The notes beneath the pieces were generated by a model that was not told where the DNA came from, searched no databases, and saw only the letters and a list, made by a program, of their open reading frames with translations. A stretch of 64,000 bases of DNA from a virus. Its lineage: Duplodnaviria > Caudoviricetes. Positions 48,236-56,455 of this stretch are shown piece by piece. Every line of letters begins with the position of its first letter. Position 1 is the stretch's first letter. Where the stretch lies: positions 1 through 64,000 of IMG/VR virus record IMGVR_UViG_3300032300_000824. One strand, 5' to 3'. The translations under genes and the position numbers were made by a program.

Positions 48236-49916
48236 GTTTAGGATCTTTTAGTTTTGAATATTCTATGAAGTCTTCGGTTATGGTTTCGTTTCTGTTCAAA
48301 AAACTTATTACCGTATTATTATTTCCTATAATGGTATTGAAGTAATCTACGGCATTTTTCCAATCATATGGTGTTATTTTTTGATTTTCCATTTGAAAAC
48401 CATTTTTGAGTTTTTGTAAAATATTTAGTATAAAATATGAGTCAATACTATATGTATCATTTAGATATTCTGAACATATTTGTGATAGCTTTGTAAGATC
48501 AGAACCGGGAGAACTTATAATGTCTTGTAAATTCAAGAGTGGCTTCAAAGGTTTTTTCTTAAACATATCATATTTATCTAATGGACTTTTATTTTTTTCT
48601 TCTAAGATATACTCTAGTCTATGTTCCCATTTTTTAATAATGTTGTCCCAATTAAAATGTTCAATACATAAATTTCTTGTTTTTATTCTTTTTTGAAACC
48701 TCATAGGATATGGAATCCTAATGAACTTACTTAATATTTCGACTAGACTATTATTATCTGGATAAGCTCTATATGCTTGCGTTTCTAATTCCTTAAATAA
48801 AGTAGCTATATTTACTGGATATGCTTCTATTTTATTAACTATGTCCTCCATTGCACTATATGGAATAGTTACTATTGGTACTCCACAAGCAGCAGCTTCA
48901 ACTTGAGGCATCCCAAATCCTTCACAGATAGAGTACTGAACATAGATATCAAAAGCATTAAAGATGGATATCATTTGGTCTTGAGTAACTCCATCAGTAA
49001 CTGTTGGAAATGCTGCTTCTCCTTTACAATGAACACAACTTCTATGAGAACCAGAATATACATCAGAAAATATTTTACCACAATTTTTACACAAGTAGGT
49101 AAAAAGTGTTCTGTTCAACATCCTGTTTTCTTTTAGTATCGACGGAATATCCCATCCTAAATAATCTGGATATCCAGTATGAAGATATAGAAAAACTTTT
49201 TCTGCTAATCCAGACGACTCAGACTCTAACTTATCTATTAGCAGTCTTGTTGATTTGATTAGTTCTGGAATCAATTTTCTTTTTTGGTTTCTCATTACAG
49301 AACCGATAATGATATTATCTGAACCTATTTTTAGACTAGATCTAACTTGATTAGATTCTAATATCCTATATTTTGTTGTATCTATACCTGGGGAAGCAGT
49401 ATCAATGTAGTTGATCTGTCTAGAAGTTTGAGACTGTAAAACATCTCTAGCCCAATCAGAATATGTAAAAACAGAATCTGCACCAGAGTATGTGTCCAAC
49501 CATTGTTCTTGTTGAGGATATGAATCAACAGTTGGCATTATCATCCAGTGATAACACTGTCTCATAGGAGAATATGCTTGATACGAATTCATCCAATAAT
49601 CTCTAATGTCAATAACAACGTCTGGTCGAAAATCTAAAAGAGTTTTTTCAAAACGCCATTTCCCAAATTGATTATCTAGATTTAAGGAATATTCACTGAA
49701 TCTGGGATCGTTGTTTCTTACTGCGTTAGCATAGTATCTCCAGGAAGTTTCTGTGTCTCTGGTGTCATTTACAAAACCATAACAAGCTAATTCAGCAACA
49801 TGGAACCGTGGGTTTTTACTGAGTCTACCTAGAAGTTCTTTACCGTATACTGCGTAACCGGTACTTAAAAAGCTTGCTTCATTACAGACTAAAATTTTAA
49901 GTTTCTTATCTTGCAT
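48228..49916 (-). CDS. Glycosyltransferase family 4 (GT-B) with Zn-ribbon insertion
   Basis: FRPDVVIDIRD, SPGIDT, VMRNQKRKLIP, FDIYVQYSICEGFGMPQVEAAACGVP (intact EX7E); insert CKNC..CVHC. Start moved to ATG 49916 because track start 49949 lies inside the terminator hairpin. Confidence 0.9.
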   Translation of the reverse strand: MQDKKLKILVCNEASFLSTGYAVYGKELLGRLSKNPRFHVAELACYGFVNDTRDTETSWRYYANAVRNNDPRFSEYSLNLDNQFGKWRFEKTLLDFRPDVVIDIRDYWMNSYQAYSPMRQCYHWMIMPTVDSYPQQEQWLDTYSGADSVFTYSDWARDVLQSQTSRQINYIDTASPGIDTTKYRILESNQVRSSLKIGSDNIIIGSVMRNQKRKLIPELIKSTRLLIDKLESESSGLAEKVFLYLHTGYPDYLGWDIPSILKENRMLNRTLFTYLCKNCGKIFSDVYSGSHRSCVHCKGEAAFPTVTDGVTQDQMISIFNAFDIYVQYSICEGFGMPQVEAAACGVPIVTIPYSAMEDIVNKIEAYPVNIATLFKELETQAYRAYPDNNSLVEILSKFIRIPYPMRFQKRIKTRNLCIEHFNWDNIIKKWEHRLEYILEEKNKSPLDKYDMFKKKPLKPLLNLQDIISSPGSDLTKLSQICSEYLNDTYSIDSYFILNILQKLKNGFQMENQKITPYDWKNAVDYFNTIIGNNNTVISFLNRNETITEDFIEYSKLKDPKHE

Positions 49917-49928
49917 ATTTTTGATATG

Positions 49929-49954
49929 AAAAAGGGCTATGATAAACATAGCCC
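49929..49954 (-). terminator. Intrinsic terminator downstream of ssb
   Basis: Minus strand GGGCTATG-TTTAT-CATAGCCC-TTTTT: perfect 8-bp stem plus U tract. Confidence 0.8.
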
Positions 49955-49988
49955 CTCTTCAACCCCACTTCCATTTATATAGTTTTGT

Positions 49989-50360
49989 TTAGAATGCTAC
50001 GGGTTCTTCAGTAGCTTCAGTCTTCTTAGATGAAAGCTTAGTGATCTTTGAAAAATTATTAACGCGAATTTTCAAAGACGAATGCTTAACACCATCCTTC
50101 TCCCAAGAGTCGTTCCTAATAGACCCTTCTACCAAAACTAGATCGCCCTTGTTAAAAGACTTTCCAATTATTTCAGCACCAGTATCCCATGCCTCACAAG
50201 GAATAAAAGATGTGATCTTATCCTTTGTTCCATTTGCCTTAGTGTACTCTCTTGAGGTAGCAACTGTAAAATTTACAACAGAAGTATCCTTGCCTCCGGT
50301 ACTAATTGACCTTAGCTCTGGATCTCTAACTAGATTGCCTCTAACAATAACAATATTCAT
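49989..50360 (-). CDS. ssb: Single-stranded DNA-binding protein
   Basis: MNIVIVRGNLVRDPELR...VNFTVAT...FIPCEAW...KGDLVLVEG...WEKDG; acidic tail EEPVAF; AGGAG RBS at 50369-50373. Confidence 0.95.
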   Translation of the reverse strand: MNIVIVRGNLVRDPELRSISTGGKDTSVVNFTVATSREYTKANGTKDKITSFIPCEAWDTGAEIIGKSFNKGDLVLVEGSIRNDSWEKDGVKHSSLKIRVNNFSKITKLSSKKTEATEEPVAF

Positions 50361-50408
50361 TTCAAAATCTCCTTAAAATTTAAAAAACCAAAACCAACGA
50401 ACTACAGT

Positions 50409-50437
50409 ATTATACGACGAGGGCGAGAATGCGTCAA
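50409..50437 (-). promoter_or_regulatory. Near-consensus sigma70 promoter for ssb
   Basis: Minus strand TTGACG (50437-50432), 17-nt spacer, TATAAT (50414-50409); the -35 overlaps the TGA stop of the dnaE C-terminal gene. Confidence 0.85.
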
Positions 50438-52050
50438 GTCATGGGTATATAACATTTCTCTACGACGAGATCACTCTTTTTAAACGACTTAGTACCTTGG
50501 AAAATCAGAATATTTCCTTCAAATAATTGATTTCTATATAGGGCAAGTTGCTCTGTAAAAAATATTACTGAGTCTATGTGACCGGTTCCATCAGCTATGC
50601 TAACAAACGCCATCTCGCTACCCTTGTTTTTACCATTCTTAATTTTGATTACATTAACATTATCTATCTCTCCTGCAATAATAATAGTTTTTCTCTGAGA
50701 ATCCTTAAATTCTTTACACGTAGTATTGGTCATACTAACATCATAAGAATCAACTTTAGAGTAAGTTAAATTAATACCTAATAAATTGCTTTCGTTATCG
50801 CATATCCACTCAATTTTATCTTCTAACGAATAGGGTGGCTTTATAAGAGACATAGATAATGATTGTATAACATTTCTGCGATTTTGTGTTATTCTAGGTT
50901 TCTTAAGCAAAATATTAGCTAGTTGCAATACATTAAAATCTTTTATTCCTATAGAGATTAAATATTCTAATTCTTTGGATGTTAATTGACTAACTATTTC
51001 ATATTCAAATAACATCTCTGTCCTGCCTTTTGATAGATAATTCAACGCTCCAGAACAAATCAATGCTTTGGCTGCTGTTGAGTTTATGTTTACCAAAAGA
51101 TATAATAATATCTCTGTCCAGTTTAAATTTTGCACATCTAGGTGCTGTGATATCTCTACTATTTTTTTATAGACAGATTCTCCAACACCCTTAATGTCTG
51201 TAAGACCAAAATAGATCTTATTATTTTTGATAACAAAAAACTGATTTAATAATCTGTAGTCAGGAACACAGATATCAATATCCATCTCTGTTGCATTTTT
51301 AACCAATTCTTTAATTTCTTGCTGTGGATCTATCTTATCTTTTGCATACTTAAGATATGCTGCAAAAAATATCTTTGGAAAATGTGACTTACTGTATGCT
51401 GAAAGATATCCATTAATAGCATAACTTACGGCATGTGATTTGTTGAATGAGTATCTCTGAGATTTTTCAATCCAACTGAAAATTTGTTCAGCTTCATTTT
51501 CTGAGACAAGAGCAACTTTTTTACAACCTTCTATGAAGATCTTTTTAAGTTTAGCCATCTCTTCTGGTTTCTTCTTTCCAATAGCTTTTCTTAATTTATC
51601 AGCTTCCTGTAAATCGAAACCGGCAATTTTTTGAGCTATTTCCATAGCCTGTTCTTGATAAACCATCTCTCCAAAGGTAGTTTTAAGTATGGGTTCAAGG
51701 GCAGAATTAAAATAGTCTATAGACTCCTGGCCATTTTTCTTATCTATAAAGTGATTGCTAACAGTTTTACCGTCTCTAATAGCTTCCAAACATCCTGGCC
51801 TCATGATACTAATAAGAGCAGAAAGTTCTTCTATATTAGAAGGCTTCAGCTTTTTAGCCATGCTTTGTCCAAGACGAGACTCAAGCTGAAAACATCCTTT
51901 GGTATTTCCAGACGAAAGCATTTCCCAAGTTCTAGAACAGTCCAAATTGATATTGCTCATATCAATAGAAAAATCTATTTTGGGTATGTCCCCAGTAGAC
52001 TGTCCGATTACTGGGAATCTACAGCCGCAATCAAATGTATAATATTCCAT
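50434..52050 (-). CDS. dnaE: DNA polymerase III alpha, C-terminal half (fingers, HhH, OB fold)
   Basis: GCFQLES, ISIMRPG, MVYQEQAM, ADKLRKAIGKK, YSFNKSHAVSYA, FGLTDIKGVG, MAFVSIADGTG. Confidence 0.92.
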   Translation of the reverse strand: MEYYTFDCGCRFPVIGQSTGDIPKIDFSIDMSNINLDCSRTWEMLSSGNTKGCFQLESRLGQSMAKKLKPSNIEELSALISIMRPGCLEAIRDGKTVSNHFIDKKNGQESIDYFNSALEPILKTTFGEMVYQEQAMEIAQKIAGFDLQEADKLRKAIGKKKPEEMAKLKKIFIEGCKKVALVSENEAEQIFSWIEKSQRYSFNKSHAVSYAINGYLSAYSKSHFPKIFFAAYLKYAKDKIDPQQEIKELVKNATEMDIDICVPDYRLLNQFFVIKNNKIYFGLTDIKGVGESVYKKIVEISQHLDVQNLNWTEILLYLLVNINSTAAKALICSGALNYLSKGRTEMLFEYEIVSQLTSKELEYLISIGIKDFNVLQLANILLKKPRITQNRRNVIQSLSMSLIKPPYSLEDKIEWICDNESNLLGINLTYSKVDSYDVSMTNTTCKEFKDSQRKTIIIAGEIDNVNVIKIKNGKNKGSEMAFVSIADGTGHIDSVIFFTEQLALYRNQLFEGNILIFQGTKSFKKSDLVVEKCYIPMT

Positions 52051-52051
52051 T

Positions 52052-52753
52052 TTAAGATGATATGGTATTGAATGAATCCTTAAACTTTACTTTTGCCCCA
52101 AGTTTCCTGTGCAGCTTTAGAAATCTAATCATGATTTCTGCTGAGTCTTTAACATCTTTTAGTGCATCATGAGCACCCTCTTTAGAAATACCTAAATAGT
52201 CTCTAAGATTATCGAGAGAATAACTCTTTAGGTCTTTTGATGCTTCAAACCAATAAAAAATTAGATTCATAACGTCAATAACATCTCTCGGATAAAATAA
52301 TGAAGAATTACCTTCTTTATTTACGTTTTTATACTTCACACTTAGTTTTTGCATAATGGGAAGATCGAATCTATTGATGTTATATCCTGCTGCAATTGGT
52401 GCTGTGAAGCAAGATTTTCTATCTGATCTAATATGGTACATCTCTAGATATGACGTAAACATCTTCCATCCTGCTTCTTGCTTTGGATAAGATTTCCAAG
52501 ATTCGAGGATGTCGTCTTTTGCACACCCTCGGACCTTGGCATGGAAATCTAATACATCAGAATCTTCGTATGCATAACTTGCATCTTGATCTAAAGCAGC
52601 TGGCTTGAGATTAATATTGAATTCTGAATCAGAAATAATCTCTAGCTTAACTGGATCAACCATAATAGCGGCTATCTGAACTGGACTGCAAACATTAGGA
52701 TCTTTACCATCTGTCTCTAAATCGAAAACACAAATTTTTTGATTATTAGCCAT
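52052..52753 (-). CDS. dnaQ: DEDDh 3'-5' exonuclease (DnaQ/epsilon-like)
   Basis: Exo I VFDLETDG, Exo II AGYNINRFDLP, Exo III AHDALKD. Confidence 0.85.
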   Translation of the reverse strand: MANNQKICVFDLETDGKDPNVCSPVQIAAIMVDPVKLEIISDSEFNINLKPAALDQDASYAYEDSDVLDFHAKVRGCAKDDILESWKSYPKQEAGWKMFTSYLEMYHIRSDRKSCFTAPIAAGYNINRFDLPIMQKLSVKYKNVNKEGNSSLFYPRDVIDVMNLIFYWFEASKDLKSYSLDNLRDYLGISKEGAHDALKDVKDSAEIMIRFLKLHRKLGAKVKFKDSFNTISS

Positions 52754-52931
52754 TTGTAATTACCGAGGTGCCAGGAGCAAAAAAAGTTCTACCAACCGCG
52801 TTGGCAACATCTTCTGCATTATGAGATTTACAACAACTAACCTTAACATTATCTATTTTTCTATAAGTTATGTCTGAGCCAGGAACTTTAAATTCTTGAC
52901 CAACATTCAATTCAGAAAATAGCTTATTCAT
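52746..52931 (-). CDS. Small (61 aa) beta-rich hypothetical protein with CC motif
   Basis: GGAGG RBS 5 nt before ATG 52931, which overlaps the end of the dnaE N-terminal gene; MNKLFSELNVGQEF...VSCCKSHNA. Confidence 0.7.
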   Translation of the reverse strand: MNKLFSELNVGQEFKVPGSDITYRKIDNVKVSCCKSHNAEDVANAVGRTFFAPGTSVITNG

Positions 52932-54801
52932 AACTACCTCCATTTTTCAAAAGTGTACTAACGGCCATTACTTTATCTAACATAGCTACGCCTAAAATAT
53001 CAAACTTGATGATACCCATAGTTTCCAAGTCTTGCATTTCCATGCCAGCTATTTGTTGTTTATTCTTTGTGTCATAAACCATGGGACACAAGTTCCCAAG
53101 TTTTTGATCAGTAATAACAATTCCGGCCGCATGTTTAGACTGGTTAACCTTGGTGCCTTCAAGTCTGATCGCCTGCTCAAACCGTTTTGCTAGAGGACCA
53201 GACAGAAGACCATCGTCATTAATATAACACCAATTCTTGAGTTTGTCAACATTATTTTCTAAGGCCCACTGTATTATGGAAGCTTCTCCGAATTCTTCTT
53301 TCATTTCTTGAAGTTCGTCGGCAATCTTAGCTTCATCTGGTATGCTTTTGGTTATTTCATTCATTTCGTCGAAAGTAATATCTCCATAAACTCTTAGAAC
53401 GTCTTTAAGAGCCCCTCGACCTTTAAGAGTGTTGAAAGTTACCATTTGAGAAACATTTTCTACCCCGTACCTATTCTTAATATAGTTGATGACTTCTTCT
53501 CTTTTATTAATTGGTACGTCAACGTCAATATCTGGCATGGAAATTCTACCATCTGTGTTTCTACCAGCATTATAGAATCTTTCAAAGATTAGACTATATT
53601 TAATAGGATCAATACTAGTAATACCAATCAAATAAGAGACCAAACATCCAGCCGCCGAGCCTCTTCCTGGCCCCGGTAGCCACCCCTTATCTCTTACAAA
53701 ATTGACGATATCGGACACTATTAAAAAATAGCTAGACAGACCAGCCCCTTGTAAAACAGACAGTTCAAATTTGATTCTTTCGGCATAATCGTCTTGTTGT
53801 AACTTATCGATATTATTACTAATCTTTTCTCTCCAACCATCTCTACATAATTGTCTAAGAAATTCGGCCGGATCATTTCCTTTACATTCAAACGGGGGAA
53901 GCATTGGCCTATGAGAAATATCATAATTCTCACACATACTATCTATAAGATTAGTATTCTCTATTTCTTCTTCTGTGTGTATTTTGGACATTTCTTCTGG
54001 AGAAAGAATATAGTAATTGTCAGATATAAAAAAGGTAGACATTGGTACAGACTCATGATTAACTATTTTTCTGTTAATGTCTGAGAATGTCATCTTTAGG
54101 TTATTACACAACAATATTCTCTGATCTATAGCGTCGTCTTTTTCTGCATAGTGCGCATCCGGTGTGCAGATAATTTTCGTGTCTGTTAGTTTAGCAAGCT
54201 GTCTTATGCAGTCTGTTAGAGGAGCTTGTGCCTTATTATAAGACTGGTCCATTAGCTGTGCTTCTAAAAAGAAGTTGTCCTTTCCAAAAGCATTTTTAAG
54301 CATACCTATTTTTTCAACACCGATTGTTTGCCAGTTTTTTGAAACAGAATCTGAGTCAGTAATGTGATTAGCTATATACGAACCAAGATGTCCGCAGAAT
54401 CCTATTAGATTACCATCAAGAAACTCAGAAAGTTTTTCTATACTTAGTCTAGGCTTTCTGTAGAAATAATCTTCTTTATTTGATTCTGAGATAATTTTAA
54501 CTAATTGTTGCCATCCTTTTAGATTTTTGGCTAACACAAGAAAATGATGAAGCTCATCCTCTTTATTTTTAACAGAGGGGTCATTGTCACAAATATAAAG
54601 TTCACAACCTAAGATGGGTTTAATCCCATCCTTTTTAAGAGTGTTGTGAAATTGTACTGTTCCAGCAATATTTCCATGATCTGTCAAGGCGCAAGATCCA
54701 ACTCCTATTTTTTGACATCTTTTTGAAATTTGAGCCGGTTTACTTAATCCATCTAATAAACTGTAGTGAGAGTGGACGTGTAGGGGAATATAATTTTTCA
54801 T
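52924..54801 (-). CDS. dnaE: DNA polymerase III alpha, N-terminal half (PHP + palm/thumb with all three catalytic Asp)
   Basis: LHVHSHYSLLDG, LTDHG, GCE, DAHY, GPGRGSAAG, FERF, MPDIDVD, SKHAAG, IKFDILG. Confidence 0.93.
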   Translation of the reverse strand: MKNYIPLHVHSHYSLLDGLSKPAQISKRCQKIGVGSCALTDHGNIAGTVQFHNTLKKDGIKPILGCELYICDNDPSVKNKEDELHHFLVLAKNLKGWQQLVKIISESNKEDYFYRKPRLSIEKLSEFLDGNLIGFCGHLGSYIANHITDSDSVSKNWQTIGVEKIGMLKNAFGKDNFFLEAQLMDQSYNKAQAPLTDCIRQLAKLTDTKIICTPDAHYAEKDDAIDQRILLCNNLKMTFSDINRKIVNHESVPMSTFFISDNYYILSPEEMSKIHTEEEIENTNLIDSMCENYDISHRPMLPPFECKGNDPAEFLRQLCRDGWREKISNNIDKLQQDDYAERIKFELSVLQGAGLSSYFLIVSDIVNFVRDKGWLPGPGRGSAAGCLVSYLIGITSIDPIKYSLIFERFYNAGRNTDGRISMPDIDVDVPINKREEVINYIKNRYGVENVSQMVTFNTLKGRGALKDVLRVYGDITFDEMNEITKSIPDEAKIADELQEMKEEFGEASIIQWALENNVDKLKNWCYINDDGLLSGPLAKRFEQAIRLEGTKVNQSKHAAGIVITDQKLGNLCPMVYDTKNKQQIAGMEMQDLETMGIIKFDILGVAMLDKVMAVSTLLKNGGSYE

Positions 54802-55841
54802 TCAACGCTTCCTGGTGCCTTGTATTTAGCCACAGTATACCCTGGAACAGTGTATTCGTCAACCACGTTGTTTATACCTTTTAGCTCGATATCGTGCTTA
54901 ATTTGTTCACATTTGGTCATATGGGTATTTTTTTGACATAGCTGGTTGTCTCTATACTCCAGTATCGGCAAGACACTAGAGTTTTCAAAAGTACTTTTTC
55001 CAAAATGGCAAAGTTTACTACACATCCAACTCTTATGCAGTCTTGGTTTTTGTGTTTTCTTGATAATTTCAAATTTATCTCTAAGCATAGATTCAGTCTT
55101 AGGAAGATCTGACTTATCAAAGATTACGCTAAAAGCGCCGCCATCATTAATAAAGAAGATTGTAACCATAATATGGTCTATGTGAGGATATAGTTTTTGA
55201 ATAGCGTAATGATATATTCTTAATTGAGGATCTTCTTCTAATTTCTCTTGGGTCTTTTCTTGACCAGTTGCCCAATTTAATCTTCTTCCAGTTTTCCAGT
55301 CAATAATTTCTATAGTGTTATCTCCAACCTGGGTTATTAGGTCGATAGTTCCTTTTATAGCCAAATTACCCTCAAGAGTACCTTCCGCTAATTTATACTT
55401 ATATTTAGACCAATCCTTCTCTATTACTATATCAAAGTGTTGTTCTGGACATAAAATATTTCTATTTCTAGGATCAAACATTCCATTGTTATACGTTATG
55501 GCTTTTTCAACCCAAAGTCTACAATCTGTAAAATCTTTTATAGACCACTTATGATGGGAAAATCTACTACTATAGTATTGATATACTTGTTCAGTTAAGG
55601 TATCTATATTGTATGCTTCAACATTAACCATACCCACTATATCATCTTCAAAAGTTGTAACATTATTCTGTTGACTTTGTTTGATAATAGCTAGTATTTC
55701 TAGAACCTTGTGTACTATAGTTCCCTTGTCTGCCTTTTGATTGCTTGGCCCCCTATATCCTAATACGTATTCAAAAAAATACTGTTGCTCGCACATAGAA
55801 TGCGTATTATAAGACGAGCTTCTAAAGTATGTTATTATAAT
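54798..55841 (-). CDS. PD-(D/E)XK Cas4/AddB-like exonuclease, probable 4Fe-4S cluster; probable ATT start
   Basis: SSSYNTHSMCEQQY, GTIVHKVLE, KGTIDL..IIDWKTG, QLRIY, CSKLC...C. Frame stays open upstream of track ATG 55796; AGGA lies 8 nt before ATT at 55841. Confidence 0.8.
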   Translation of the reverse strand: MIITYFRSSSYNTHSMCEQQYFFEYVLGYRGPSNQKADKGTIVHKVLEILAIIKQSQQNNVTTFEDDIVGMVNVEAYNIDTLTEQVYQYYSSRFSHHKWSIKDFTDCRLWVEKAITYNNGMFDPRNRNILCPEQHFDIVIEKDWSKYKYKLAEGTLEGNLAIKGTIDLITQVGDNTIEIIDWKTGRRLNWATGQEKTQEKLEEDPQLRIYHYAIQKLYPHIDHIMVTIFFINDGGAFSVIFDKSDLPKTESMLRDKFEIIKKTQKPRLHKSWMCSKLCHFGKSTFENSSVLPILEYRDNQLCQKNTHMTKCEQIKHDIELKGINNVVDEYTVPGYTVAKYKAPGSVE

Positions 55842-56455
55842 GAGAATATTCCTTTGTCTGATAGAAATTGTAATATGATATTGTTCTTTTCATCAAGATT
55901 CATTCCGATATTTTGAATAACCAGATCAAACTTGTTCCAATCGTATACATCTTTATCCAAAGCTCTCTCACTATTAGACTCAGAAGCAAAAGGGTCCAAA
56001 GCAAGCCTAATTACATAACCCCCAGCGTTTTGAATTGATTCAACTTCATTAGGAAATCTGCAATCGGCTATAATTGCCAAGTCTACGTCTTCTTTTTTGA
56101 TTTTATTTATGGTTGCATCAACCCACACGTTGGTTTTCATTTTACGAAATATATTAGTTCCAACATGTTCCATAATTTGTCTAGCAGACATGTGTCCTGA
56201 TGTTTCAAAAGATTCATTGTAGTCTGGCATATCTTTCCAAGTAATGTCAGTTAATGTATTCTTATGTTCATCACTACCATAGCATTGTTCATATGTTAGT
56301 CCTAAAATATTAATACAAATATCTTGTTTTAAAGGATCAGCAAAACTATATATCTTATTACTAAGTCCCAAATTACGAGAATTAACAACTGATTGAACAT
56401 ATTCTGCAGAGGTGCTTTTTCCTGATTGTTTTCTTCCTGCAAAAGCTAAAATCAT
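55835..56455 (-). CDS. Deoxynucleoside monophosphate kinase (T4 gp1-like)
   Basis: MILAFAGRKQSGKST, SFADPLK, RQIMEHVGT, IIADCRFPNE. Confidence 0.85.
   Translation of the reverse strand: MILAFAGRKQSGKSTSAEYVQSVVNSRNLGLSNKIYSFADPLKQDICINILGLTYEQCYGSDEHKNTLTDITWKDMPDYNESFETSGHMSARQIMEHVGTNIFRKMKTNVWVDATINKIKKEDVDLAIIADCRFPNEVESIQNAGGYVIRLALDPFASESNSERALDKDVYDWNKFDLVIQNIGMNLDEKNNIILQFLSDKGIFSL

Noticed and set aside
52051-52923. Split intein or self-splicing intron between the dnaE halves
   Set aside because: No intein N- or C-terminal motifs, and the interval is completely filled by two coupled ORFs, leaving no evident room for a ribozyme core.
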